A stretch of 15,091 nt of DNA from Eubacteriales bacterium (GTDB lineage Bacteria; Bacillota; Clostridia; Christensenellales; CALWSW01). Under the pieces are notes generated by a model, which worked only from the letters and a program-made list of their open reading frames with translations, was not told the DNA's origin and ran no database searches. The stretch is from contig JAVBLF010000032.1 of NCBI GenBank assembly GCA_031553675.1, forward strand, positions 1 to 15,091, given 5' to 3'. This document shows, piece after piece, positions 1 to 6,244 of the stretch. The position numbers and the translations under genes are program-made. Position 1 is the stretch's first letter. Every line of letters starts with the position of its first letter.

Positions 1-1
1 G

Positions 2-442
2 CCGGAAGACGACCTGACCATTCGCGAAATTTACGACGAGATCAAGCTGCCGCAGAGAGCCACACGGCATTCGGCGGGCTATGACATTTTTGCTCCGATC
101 TTCTTCTGCCTGAAGCCCGGCGCGTCGATCACGATTCCGACCGGCATTCGCGTGGAACTCAAGCAGGACAGATTCCTCATGTGCGTGCCGAGAAGTGGAC
201 TGGGCTTCAAGTTCAGATTGCAGCTCGACAATACGACCGGGGTCATCGACGCGGATTATTTTGAGGCCAACAACGAAGGGCATATTTTCGCCAAGCTGAC
301 CAATGACAGTAAGGAAAACAAGATCATCTCCATCAGGCAGGGCGACGCGTTCATGCAGGGGATTATCCTGCGCTACGACGTGGCTGAGGATGATGCTGCG
401 GATGGCGTCAGACATGGCGGATTGGGGAGTACGACAAGGTAA
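2..442 (+). CDS. dut: dUTP diphosphatase (dUTPase), 3' portion; the 5' end lies outside the window
   Basis: The frame is open from the window edge. Translation reads ...PEDDLTIREIYDEIKLPQRATRHSAGYDIFAP...IPTGIRVELKQDRFLMCVPRSGLGFKFRLQLDNTTGVIDADY...ISIRQGDAFMQGII..., ending at TAA 440-442. The AGYD motif, the RSGL motif and the GVIDADY motif are hallmarks of trimeric dUTPases of the Bacillus YncF/YosS prophage type. GC content is intermediate (about 55%). Confidence 0.8.
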   Translation, partial: PEDDLTIREIYDEIKLPQRATRHSAGYDIFAPIFFCLKPGASITIPTGIRVELKQDRFLMCVPRSGLGFKFRLQLDNTTGVIDADYFEANNEGHIFAKLTNDSKENKIISIRQGDAFMQGIILRYDVAEDDAADGVRHGGLGSTTR

Positions 443-495
443 TGCTGTGAGAGCAGATTGATGGTTTGCAGGCAATTAGGTGAAAATCGCTGTCA

Positions 496-524
496 TTGAT
501 GGAAAAGACTCAGTATGCTATATT
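496..524 (+). promoter_or_regulatory. Putative sigma-A-type promoter (TTGATG - 17 nt - TATATT) facing the recombinase gene
   Basis: Read directly at 496-501 (ttgatg) and 519-524 (tatatt) with a 17-nt spacer. It lies in the AT-rich spacer between the dUTPase stop and the recombinase gene. Confidence 0.25.
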
Positions 525-609
525 ATTCACAGCACAGCACCTTGAAAAGTGAATAATATTGCGCACTGGGATACTGTTTCATCATGACAGCGTGCAGGAG
601 TGGTTTTCG

Positions 610-798
610 GTGAATAAAAAGAACCTTGATAAGCGACTAAAAAAGACAGTGATCCGCATTGTCGATACGCGCACACAAGGCAATGAAAATTTGACAGCCC
701 TATTTTTTAGCATAAACGAAATATTGGGCAAAGAAACCATAGAGGACACGCAGTCATGTCATGACGATAGGAGGCATCCCAATATTGGAACTTATTGA
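610..798 (+). CDS. Small hypothetical basic protein (62 aa from GTG 610), overlapping the 5' end of the recombinase gene; speculative excisionase/directionality-factor-like accessory ORF
   Basis: AGGAG at 596-600 lies 9 nt upstream of GTG 610. The ORF (VNKKNLDKRLKKTVIRIVDTRTQGNENL...) sits inside the low-GC segment, ends at TGA 796-798 and overlaps the recombinase start. I recognise no family. The six-frame track extends the same frame back to TTG 559. Confidence 0.2.
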   Translation: MNKKNLDKRLKKTVIRIVDTRTQGNENLTALFFSINEILGKETIEDTQSCHDDRRHPNIGTY

Positions 799-2425
799 AC
801 GAATCAGAAGAAAAAGCCAAGTAGTTAAGGGTGTCTTGTACGCCCGTTTCTCTAGTGATATGCAGCGTGAAGAGTCGATCGAAGCCCAAGTCAGAGCTAT
901 ACGTCAGTTCGCTGACGCGAACAACATAATAATTGTCGGCGAATACTTTGATCGTGCGAAATCAGGAACCGGCACCGATCGCGAGCAATTCCAAAAGATG
1001 ATTCGAGATTCCGCCAAGAAAAACTTCGATATTGTTCTGGTTCATAAAGTCGATCGTTTTGCTCGAAACAGGAATGACAGCATGGGTGCAAGGATTCAGC
1101 TCAAGAGAAACGGCATCTCAGTCATTTCTGTCACGCAACTGTATGATAGCGAAAGCCCTGAAGGTATCATGATGGAAGCCATGTTGGAAGCTATGGCAGA
1201 ATATTACTCGAAGAACCTTGCAACTGAGGTCGAAAAAGGAAAGAGGGAGAATGCTCTAAAAGGAAAACATGTAGGGGGCTGCCCACCCTTAGGGTATGAT
1301 GTTGATCGCGAAAGCATGAAACTTGTGATAAACCAGCACGAAGCAAGCGCAGTGAAAATGATCTTTCAGATGGTGCTAGATGGAAAAGGTTATGGCCACA
1401 TGATCAATCAGCTTAGAGCAAAGGGGTTTAAGACAAAGCGCGGCAACGATTTTGGAAAAAATTCGCTTTACGAAGTGATTCGTAATGAAAAATATACCGG
1501 AACATATATTTATTCTAAAACTGCGGCGAAAGATATTGATGGGAAATTCAATCGCCATAAGCATAAAGATTTTGAAGACATTATTCGCGTTGAGAATGCC
1601 GTTCCAGTTATCATCGAGCGACATGTATTCGATAAAGTACAGGAACTTATGGCTGTTAGAAGTAGAACAAAGGCCAGACATAAGGCTGTGGAAACCTATT
1701 TGCTTTCAGGGATGATAATCTGCGGCGAATGCGGAAGCATATTTGCAGGGAACAGACGCAAAGCAAACAGCACGCATCCAGAGTACGTGTCCTATAGGTG
1801 TACGAAAAAGAATAGTAGCTCACGTTGCATGAACCGCGAGATCCGCCGAGAAGACATTGAAGATCATGTCCTCTCGAATCTTGCGTCGCTTGTATTTGAT
1901 GAGTCAGTCATTCCACAAATAGTGGATGACTATAACGGGTTTAGACGCGAGCAAAATAAGGATGCTTACAGCGAAATCCAGAAGCTCAGTAAAAACATCA
2001 AGGTAAAGGAGGGGGAAATTTCCAATGTAGTAAATGCTATTTCGGCAACAGGGTCACTCGCCCTAGCTAATCGCTTAAAGCAACTCGAAGCGGAAAAGGC
2101 GATTCTGGATTGCGAAATAACGGAACTGGAGGTACAACTTCGAATAGACGATGTAGACGTCGAAAGCATGAAGGCTGCCTTTCGGAAAGCGCGCAGTATG
2201 CTGCAAGAAAGAAGTTTACCTAACATGCAGAGGCTACTCGATGCTTATGTAGAAAAAGTTTATCTTTTTCAGGATCGCGTCGAAATCGTCTACAACTTTG
2301 GTTTCAGTGCAGAAATCTTCAAAGAAAAACCGCACCGTGCAGCCCTGGAAAGCAATCACGATGCGGTCATCCCTCACGAAGTTTCACAACGCGAGGATAA
2401 AAATGGCGGAGAAGGAGGGATTTGA
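761..2425 (+). CDS. Large serine recombinase (phage/ICE-type integrase: resolvase catalytic domain + recombinase domain + zinc ribbon + coiled coil)
   Basis: The N-terminus VKGVLYARFSSDMQ...SIEAQ...IVLVHKVDRFARN is the serine-recombinase catalytic domain with the nucleophile Ser. The central part has the recombinase domain and a Cys-rich zinc ribbon (CGECGS...YRCTKKNSSSRC). The C-terminus has a coiled-coil region (LKQLEAEKAILDCEITELEVQL). GC is about 38-40% against about 66% in flanking DNA. The true start may be TTG 785, which follows a strong AGGAGG at 768-773, rather than ATG 761. The last 22 nt overlap the tRNA-Ser(GCU) gene on the opposite strand. Confidence 0.9.
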   Translation: MTIGGIPILELIERIRRKSQVVKGVLYARFSSDMQREESIEAQVRAIRQFADANNIIIVGEYFDRAKSGTGTDREQFQKMIRDSAKKNFDIVLVHKVDRFARNRNDSMGARIQLKRNGISVISVTQLYDSESPEGIMMEAMLEAMAEYYSKNLATEVEKGKRENALKGKHVGGCPPLGYDVDRESMKLVINQHEASAVKMIFQMVLDGKGYGHMINQLRAKGFKTKRGNDFGKNSLYEVIRNEKYTGTYIYSKTAAKDIDGKFNRHKHKDFEDIIRVENAVPVIIERHVFDKVQELMAVRSRTKARHKAVETYLLSGMIICGECGSIFAGNRRKANSTHPEYVSYRCTKKNSSSRCMNREIRREDIEDHVLSNLASLVFDESVIPQIVDDYNGFRREQNKDAYSEIQKLSKNIKVKEGEISNVVNAISATGSLALANRLKQLEAEKAILDCEITELEVQLRIDDVDVESMKAAFRKARSMLQERSLPNMQRLLDAYVEKVYLFQDRVEIVYNFGFSAEIFKEKPHRAALESNHDAVIPHEVSQREDKNGGEGGI

Positions 2426-2495
2426 ACCCTCGCGCCGCTTCACACAGCCTACTCCCTTAGCAGGGGAGCCCCTTCGGCCTCTTGGGTACTTCTCC
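2404..2495 (-). tRNA. tRNA-Ser (anticodon GCU), long variable arm, CCA encoded
   Basis: The reverse complement reads GGAGAAG-TA-CCCAAGAGGCCGAAGGGG-CTCCC-CTGCTAA-GGGAG-(long variable arm)-GAGGG-TTCAAAT-CCCTC-CTTCTCC-G-CCA. It has a 7-bp acceptor stem and a T-loop TTCAAAT. The anticodon loop CUGCUAA gives anticodon GCU. Confidence 0.85.
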
Positions 2496-2522
2496 AAGCG
2501 GGTGGACGTGGTGTTATCGAAA

Positions 2523-2611
2523 TGGCGGAGAGAGGGGGATTCGAACCCTCGGCGCCTGACGGCGTCACTGGTTTTCAAGACCAGCTCCTTAAACCACTCG
2601 GACATCTCTCC
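2523..2611 (-). tRNA. tRNA-Ser (anticodon UGA), long variable arm, CCA encoded
   Basis: The reverse complement reads GGAGAGA-TG-TCCGAGTGGTTTAAGGAG-CTGGT-CTTGAAA-ACCAG-(variable arm TGACGCCGTCAGGCGCC)-GAGGG-TTCGAAT-CCCCC... CTCTCC-G-CCA. The anticodon loop CUUGAAA gives anticodon UGA. It lies 27 nt upstream of the GCU gene on the same strand, so the two are probably co-transcribed. Confidence 0.85.
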
Positions 2612-2635
2612 ACAGAGCGTTGTTGACGCCATATC

Positions 2636-2664
2636 AGTATAGCAAGCTGGGGAGGGCCTGTCAA
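2636..2664 (-). promoter_or_regulatory. Consensus sigma-A promoter for the tRNA-Ser pair (TTGACA - 17 nt - TATACT)
   Basis: On the minus strand the -35 TTGACA (plus 2659-2664, tgtcaa), a 17-nt spacer and the -10 TATACT (plus 2636-2641, agtata) are read directly. The -10 ends about 24 nt before the mature tRNA 5' end at 2611. Confidence 0.55.
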
Positions 2665-2697
2665 TGGTGATTTGTGCGGGGTTTGGGGGGCGAGATG

Positions 2698-2731
2698 GAA
2701 ACGGAGCCCCTGTGGCAGCGGGCTCCGTTTC
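2698..2731. promoter_or_regulatory. Perfect 12-bp GC-rich inverted repeat (GAAACGGAGCCC - 10 nt loop - GGGCTCCGTTTC); hairpin or dimeric protein-binding site between flotillin 3' end and the tRNA promoter
   Basis: All 12 positions were checked by eye as Watson-Crick pairs. There is no adjacent U-tract on either strand. It lies 33 nt upstream (in minus-strand sense) of the tRNA promoter -35. Confidence 0.4.
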
Positions 2732-2848
2732 TGAGGGAAGACACAACGGGGTAGAAGCGACTGAGGCAACGTGGGGGGCCTGGCAAGAGCCCTGCACGCG
2801 CATGTTAGATTCAACTAACATTTACAAGTTTGATGATACCACAGCCGC

Positions 2849-2883
2849 AATTCCGTGTCAAGCACTCGGAATTTATTTTTTGA
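2849..2883 (+). terminator. Intrinsic-terminator-like hairpin AATTCCG-(11 nt)-CGGAATT followed by TATTTTTTGA on the plus strand; abuts the flotillin stop codon
   Basis: A 7-bp perfect stem at 2849-2855/2867-2873 and a T-run at 2874-2881. The U-tract is on the plus strand while the adjacent gene (flotillin) is on the minus strand. It may act bidirectionally (A-run on the minus side) or terminate an unannotated plus-strand transcript. Confidence 0.35.
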
Positions 2884-4323
2884 TCAATCGGAATACGAAT
2901 CGGTATCTGTGCCGCTGCCATCGGGCGCGTCAACGGCGATGCGGGCGGGAGAAGCGGCGGCTTCTTTTGCGGTGCCGAGGTAGCTGGGAAGCTGCATGCC
3001 GGCCATATCGAACATGTCGCGCATGGGCGGGATCGAATGGAGCATGCCGGAGAGGAAGTTGGCGGTGGTAGAGGTGCCGTCTTTGCCGCCCATGCCGTCC
3101 CAGACCGTCACTTTGTCGATCTTGAGGTTTTGGATGGCCTGCACCTGCATCGCCACGAGGTCTTCGAGCTTGTCGGTGATCATGAGGTTCATGGCGTCGG
3201 AAGGGCTGCCACCGGCGGCGAGCACGAGCTTTTGCAGACCGGTGGCCTGGCGAGTGAGTTTTTCCTCGACGCCGCGGGCCTCCGCTTGCATGCGGGCAAA
3301 AATGGCGTCGGCTTCGCCAGCCGCGCGACGGCGAATTTGTTCGGCTTCGGCTTCGGCTTGGAGGGCGACTTGGCGCTTGTGAATTTCGGCCTGAACGATG
3401 ATGTCGGCTTCGAGCGTCGCTTGCTGGAGGTTGGCGCGCGCGATTTCGGCGGCTTGCTCGGCGGCATAAGCTTCTTCGAGGGCGCGAGCCGCCATGATCT
3501 TTTCGGCAGCGGTCGCGCGGCGGAGGGCATCGGCCTCTTTTTCGCGGCGGGTGGCGTCGGATTGGGAGATCGTGACCTGCGCTTCGTTCTCGCCCTGGAT
3601 GGCGGACGAGTTGGCTGCGGCAACTTCGACGCGCTGATCGCGCTGGGCGTTGGCCTCGCCGATCGATCCGTCGCGGCTTTTTTCGGCAACGCTGATCTTG
3701 GCGTCGTTGATGGCTTTGGCAGCGGCCTCTTTGCCGAGGGCTTCGATGTAGCCCGACTCGTCGTTGATGTCGGTGACGTTGACGTTGATGAGCCGCAAGC
3801 CGATCTTTTTCAGTTCGGTTTCGACGTTGCTGGAAACGGCGCTCAGGAACTTGTCGCGGTCGGTGTTGATCTCTTCGATGTCCATCGTCGCGACGACGAG
3901 ACGGAGCTGGCCGAAGATGATGTCCTTGGCGAGTTCCTGGATCTCGGACATCTTGAGGCCGAGGAGGCGCTCCGCGGCGTTCTGCATGACGCCCGGTTCG
4001 GTCGAGATGCCGACCGTGAAGCGGGAGGGGACGTCGATGCGGATGTTCTGGCGGCTCAAAGCACTTTTGAGGTCGACGCTGATCGAGATCGGGGTCAGGT
4101 CCAGGTATTCATACGATTGCAACACCGGCATGATGAAGGCGGCGCCGCCGTGGATGCAGCGCGAGGAACGGGCGGCGCCCTCGTGGTCGCTGCCGATCTT
4201 TCCGTAGATGACGAGTATCTTGTCGGACGGGCACTTCCGGTAGCGCGACGCGATGAAGAAGATCATCGAGAGCGCGAGGATCGCGAGCACGGAGATAAGG
4301 ATGATCACTGCAAAGTTCGGCAT
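2884..4323 (-). CDS. floT: Flotillin-like protein (SPFH/band-7 domain, FloT/YuaG family)
   Basis: 479 aa. It has an N-terminal TM helix (MPNFAVIILISVLAILALSMIFFIASRY), then an SPFH domain, then a long Ala/Glu/Gln-rich coiled-coil repeat region (EA/AEAE repeats) and a flotillin C-terminal region. The RBS TAGGAGAA lies 7 nt upstream of ATG 4323. GC3 is high. It lies 66 nt downstream of the nfeD gene, the classic yuaF-yuaG arrangement. Confidence 0.9.
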   Translation of the reverse strand: MPNFAVIILISVLAILALSMIFFIASRYRKCPSDKILVIYGKIGSDHEGAARSSRCIHGGAAFIMPVLQSYEYLDLTPISISVDLKSALSRQNIRIDVPSRFTVGISTEPGVMQNAAERLLGLKMSEIQELAKDIIFGQLRLVVATMDIEEINTDRDKFLSAVSSNVETELKKIGLRLINVNVTDINDESGYIEALGKEAAAKAINDAKISVAEKSRDGSIGEANAQRDQRVEVAAANSSAIQGENEAQVTISQSDATRREKEADALRRATAAEKIMAARALEEAYAAEQAAEIARANLQQATLEADIIVQAEIHKRQVALQAEAEAEQIRRRAAGEADAIFARMQAEARGVEEKLTRQATGLQKLVLAAGGSPSDAMNLMITDKLEDLVAMQVQAIQNLKIDKVTVWDGMGGKDGTSTTANFLSGMLHSIPPMRDMFDMAGMQLPSYLGTAKEAAASPARIAVDAPDGSGTDTDSYSD

Positions 4324-4389
4324 GGTTTCATTCTCCTACTAGTCGTGTTTGGCGCAGTTGAAAGAGGCGAGGGTGGGGCGGGCAAAAGC

Positions 4390-5178
4390 TCAGACCGGTT
4401 CGACGACGCAGATCTGGCCTGCCAGCACATCGACGACGCGGACGGGCGTGCCGCTGGGGAGGGGGAAGTCCTGCTTCGAAACGGCATCGAGCTCGCGGAG
4501 CGATTCTTGGAGGACGAGGCTGATCTTGCCGCTGCCCTGGCCTTGGGCGGGGACGGTGAGGTAGACTTGTCCGACGAGGCCGATCGCCTTTTCGAGGCGC
4601 ATGGTACCGTTGTATTGCATGCCGATCGCCCATTTGAAGAACAAGGCGATGAGATACATGGAGAGGGTGCCGCCGACAAGGGCGCCGAGCAATGCAAGCG
4701 GGGTGGGCATGCTGGCGTCGAGCAGCACGATCCCCAGCCAACCGCCGACGGCGAAAAAGGCGATGATGCCGCGCAGGGTGAAGAGACGGAGGCTGGCGGC
4801 ACCGCTGGGATCGGCGTCGTCGGGGGCGTAAGAATCGGTGTCGTAGGCGTGGTCGCCGTGGCCGAACTGCGTGATGTGGCCGTGGTCGGCGAGCGATTCG
4901 CCCATCGCGTCGCCCATGGGAGCGTCCATGCCGTTGGCGCCGACGCCGTCCAGGTCGATGTCGTGCGATCCGATCTCGCCCATGCCGTGGGCGTCGATTC
5001 CGTGCGTGTCCATCCCCGCATCCATGCCGTTGGCGCCGCCCGCGTCGGCATCCATGTCGTGACCGCCGATGCTGATGAGTTGCAGGACGGTTTGGACGAT
5101 CAACACGACAGTGGCGGGGATGGCAAAGGTGGCGAGCACGCGTTGGATGGACGAGAGCGCTTCCCACCATGCGATCAT
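4390..5178 (-). CDS. nfeD: NfeD-family membrane protein (YuaF-like flotillin partner) with an inserted roughly 85-aa His/Asp/Met/Gly-rich repeat segment
   Basis: 262 aa. It has an N-terminal TM helix and a central low-complexity segment (HDMDADAGGANGMDAGMDTHGIDAHGMGEIGSHDIDLDGVGANGMDAPMGDAMGESLADHGHITQFGHGDHAYDTDSYAPDDAD). Two further TM helices and a C-terminal soluble OB-fold-like domain (GKISLVLQES...GTPVRVVDV...QICVVEP) typical of NfeD/YuaF follow. The RBS AAAGGAG lies 8 nt upstream of ATG 5178. Confidence 0.8.
   Translation of the reverse strand: MIAWWEALSSIQRVLATFAIPATVVLIVQTVLQLISIGGHDMDADAGGANGMDAGMDTHGIDAHGMGEIGSHDIDLDGVGANGMDAPMGDAMGESLADHGHITQFGHGDHAYDTDSYAPDDADPSGAASLRLFTLRGIIAFFAVGGWLGIVLLDASMPTPLALLGALVGGTLSMYLIALFFKWAIGMQYNGTMRLEKAIGLVGQVYLTVPAQGQGSGKISLVLQESLRELDAVSKQDFPLPSGTPVRVVDVLAGQICVVEPV
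4925..5038. repeat. Intragenic degenerate tandem repeat (period 96 bp = 32 codons) inside nfeD. The exact 18-mer TCCATGCCGTTGGCGCCG occurs at 4925-4942 and 5021-5038.
   Basis: Both 18-mer copies were read directly. They encode the repeated peptide ANGMDA within a Gly/Asp/His/Met-rich 32-aa repeat unit. Confidence 0.6.
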
Positions 5179-5231
5179 GGGGCATTCTCCTTTCTTGGTC
5201 GTAGCGCGTCGAAGGGGTACCCGACATCATC

Positions 5232-5261
5232 AGTATAGAGGATTCACGTTTCGAATACCAA
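5232..5261 (-). promoter_or_regulatory. Putative promoter of the nfeD-floT operon (TTGGTA - 18 nt - TATACT)
   Basis: On the minus strand the -10 TATACT is plus 5232-5237 and the -35 TTGGTA is plus 5256-5261. It lies about 55 nt upstream of nfeD ATG 5178. It shares the decamer CTATACTGAT with the tRNA promoter. Confidence 0.35.
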
Positions 5262-5438
5262 CCATAGGTGACGAAGTGGCGCGATCCCCCCTCAAAATGT
5301 CGGCGAATTCCGCCCAAAAAGCAAATCGTCCGCCATGGGGTGACGGACGAAAGAATCGAAACATGGAGCTTTGTGCCTTGTCGCGGGCTGAGGGGATGCG
5401 AAGCGGGCGCTTACCAAGCGAAGCCCTGTACGATCGCG

Positions 5439-6023
5439 TCAAAACCCCGAAGCCGGCGCGAGGTCGCGGGCGGTGCTCATTGCGACCAGTGTGCGGCAGA
5501 GCGTCGAACAAACGATCAGCGCAAAGCTGAGGTCGCGGTGGATGTTGGCGCGCGGGGCTTCCATATAGAGGGCATGCATGCGGTCGAGGTAAGCGAGAAG
5601 CTCGTCTACACTCTCGGGGAGGTCGGCGCGGTGCAGCGCGAGCGCATCGGCGCGCAAGCTGCCGCGGAAGGAGACGACGCGTTCATGGATGTGCATTTCG
5701 TAATTCATGTGCTGCTTGAACGTGCCGCGAAAGCCTCTATTGTGCGGAAAGGTAAAAAAGTCGGTTACGTAGTGGCAGACGATACCCAAGCGGTAACTGT
5801 AGGCGCCGCGCTGCCCGTCGAAGGGGCTTTGGGCGAGGTCAACAATGGCGTCGCGAACGAAATCGTAGGACTCGCCGATGTTGTGTTTTTGGGTGCGGAT
5901 CATGGGGGACAGGTCGGGCTTGACATTCCCGTATGCGAAGCGGCGCGCGTGGAGCGTGCAACCGAGCTTTCGTACTTGAGCGCCGATGATGCGGCTCAAC
6001 AGCAAGTGAGTAAATACGAGCAT
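5439..6023 (-). CDS. Hypothetical hydrolase resembling the zinc-dependent phospholipase C family (194 aa)
   Basis: GC3 is high on the minus strand; the overlapping plus-strand ORF 5268-6092 is judged an artefact. The motifs MLVFTHLLLSRI, FAYGNVKPD and LGIVCHYVTDFF...PHN...HMNYEMHIHE match the His/Asp metal-ligand pattern I recall for the Firmicutes zinc-dependent phospholipase C-like family. The assignment is from memory, not a search. Confidence 0.5.
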   Translation of the reverse strand: MLVFTHLLLSRIIGAQVRKLGCTLHARRFAYGNVKPDLSPMIRTQKHNIGESYDFVRDAIVDLAQSPFDGQRGAYSYRLGIVCHYVTDFFTFPHNRGFRGTFKQHMNYEMHIHERVVSFRGSLRADALALHRADLPESVDELLAYLDRMHALYMEAPRANIHRDLSFALIVCSTLCRTLVAMSTARDLAPASGF

Positions 6024-6165
6024 GATGCTGACATGTTCCTTCCGTCGTTACCGTTCGATGGGCTGCGAATGCTCTCATTATACTACGCATAGCTAGATAA
6101 AAACAGTGGCAAATGCGCGATAAAGTTTGCATTTTTGTGAATTTGCTTTGCCGTATATTGGGAAT

Positions 6166-6189
6166 GAACCGATTAATCGCGAACGGTTC
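6166..6189. promoter_or_regulatory. Nested palindrome GAACCG-ATTAATCGCGAA-CGGTTC (contains perfect 10-bp palindrome CGATTAATCG); candidate operator upstream of gatCAB
   Basis: Read directly. The 6-bp arms at 6166-6171 and 6184-6189 are perfect. It lies in an unusually AT-rich 190-bp spacer between two divergent genes. Confidence 0.25.
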
Positions 6190-6215
6190 TTCACAAGATA
6201 CCTGTTGTGAAATGG

Positions 6216-6244
6216 ATGACAAGAAGGGGCAAATGCGACATAAT
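6216..6244 (+). promoter_or_regulatory. Putative gatCAB promoter (ATGACA - 17 nt - CATAAT)
   Basis: Boxes at 6216-6221 and 6239-6244. It lies about 36 nt upstream of gatC ATG 6280, which is preceded by the GGAGGG RBS at 6267-6272. Confidence 0.3.

Noticed and set aside
2665-2790. G-tracts (GGGG TTT GGGGGG ... GGGGGG) as a G-quadruplex
   Set aside because: Only two to three usable G-runs are within plausible loop distances; it does not meet a four-tract G4 pattern.
2298-2821. ORFs 2298-2642 (+), 2384-2821 (-) and 2575-2814 (-) over the tRNA region
   Set aside because: They run through two well-formed tRNA-Ser genes and the tRNA promoter. No RBS, no homology; artefacts.
3037-5238. 733-aa plus-strand ORF spanning the whole flotillin/nfeD region
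   Set aside because: It is antisense to two genes with clear homology and good RBSs. Its translation is low-complexity Gly/Ala/Asp/Val-rich with no recognisable domain. This is a typical long antisense ORF in about 67% GC DNA, where stop codons are rare.
5268-6092. 274-aa plus-strand ORF overlapping the hydrolase gene
   Set aside because: The opposite-strand ORF 5439-6023 has strong GC3 bias and a recognisable metal-hydrolase motif pattern. The plus-strand ORF has no features of a real gene.
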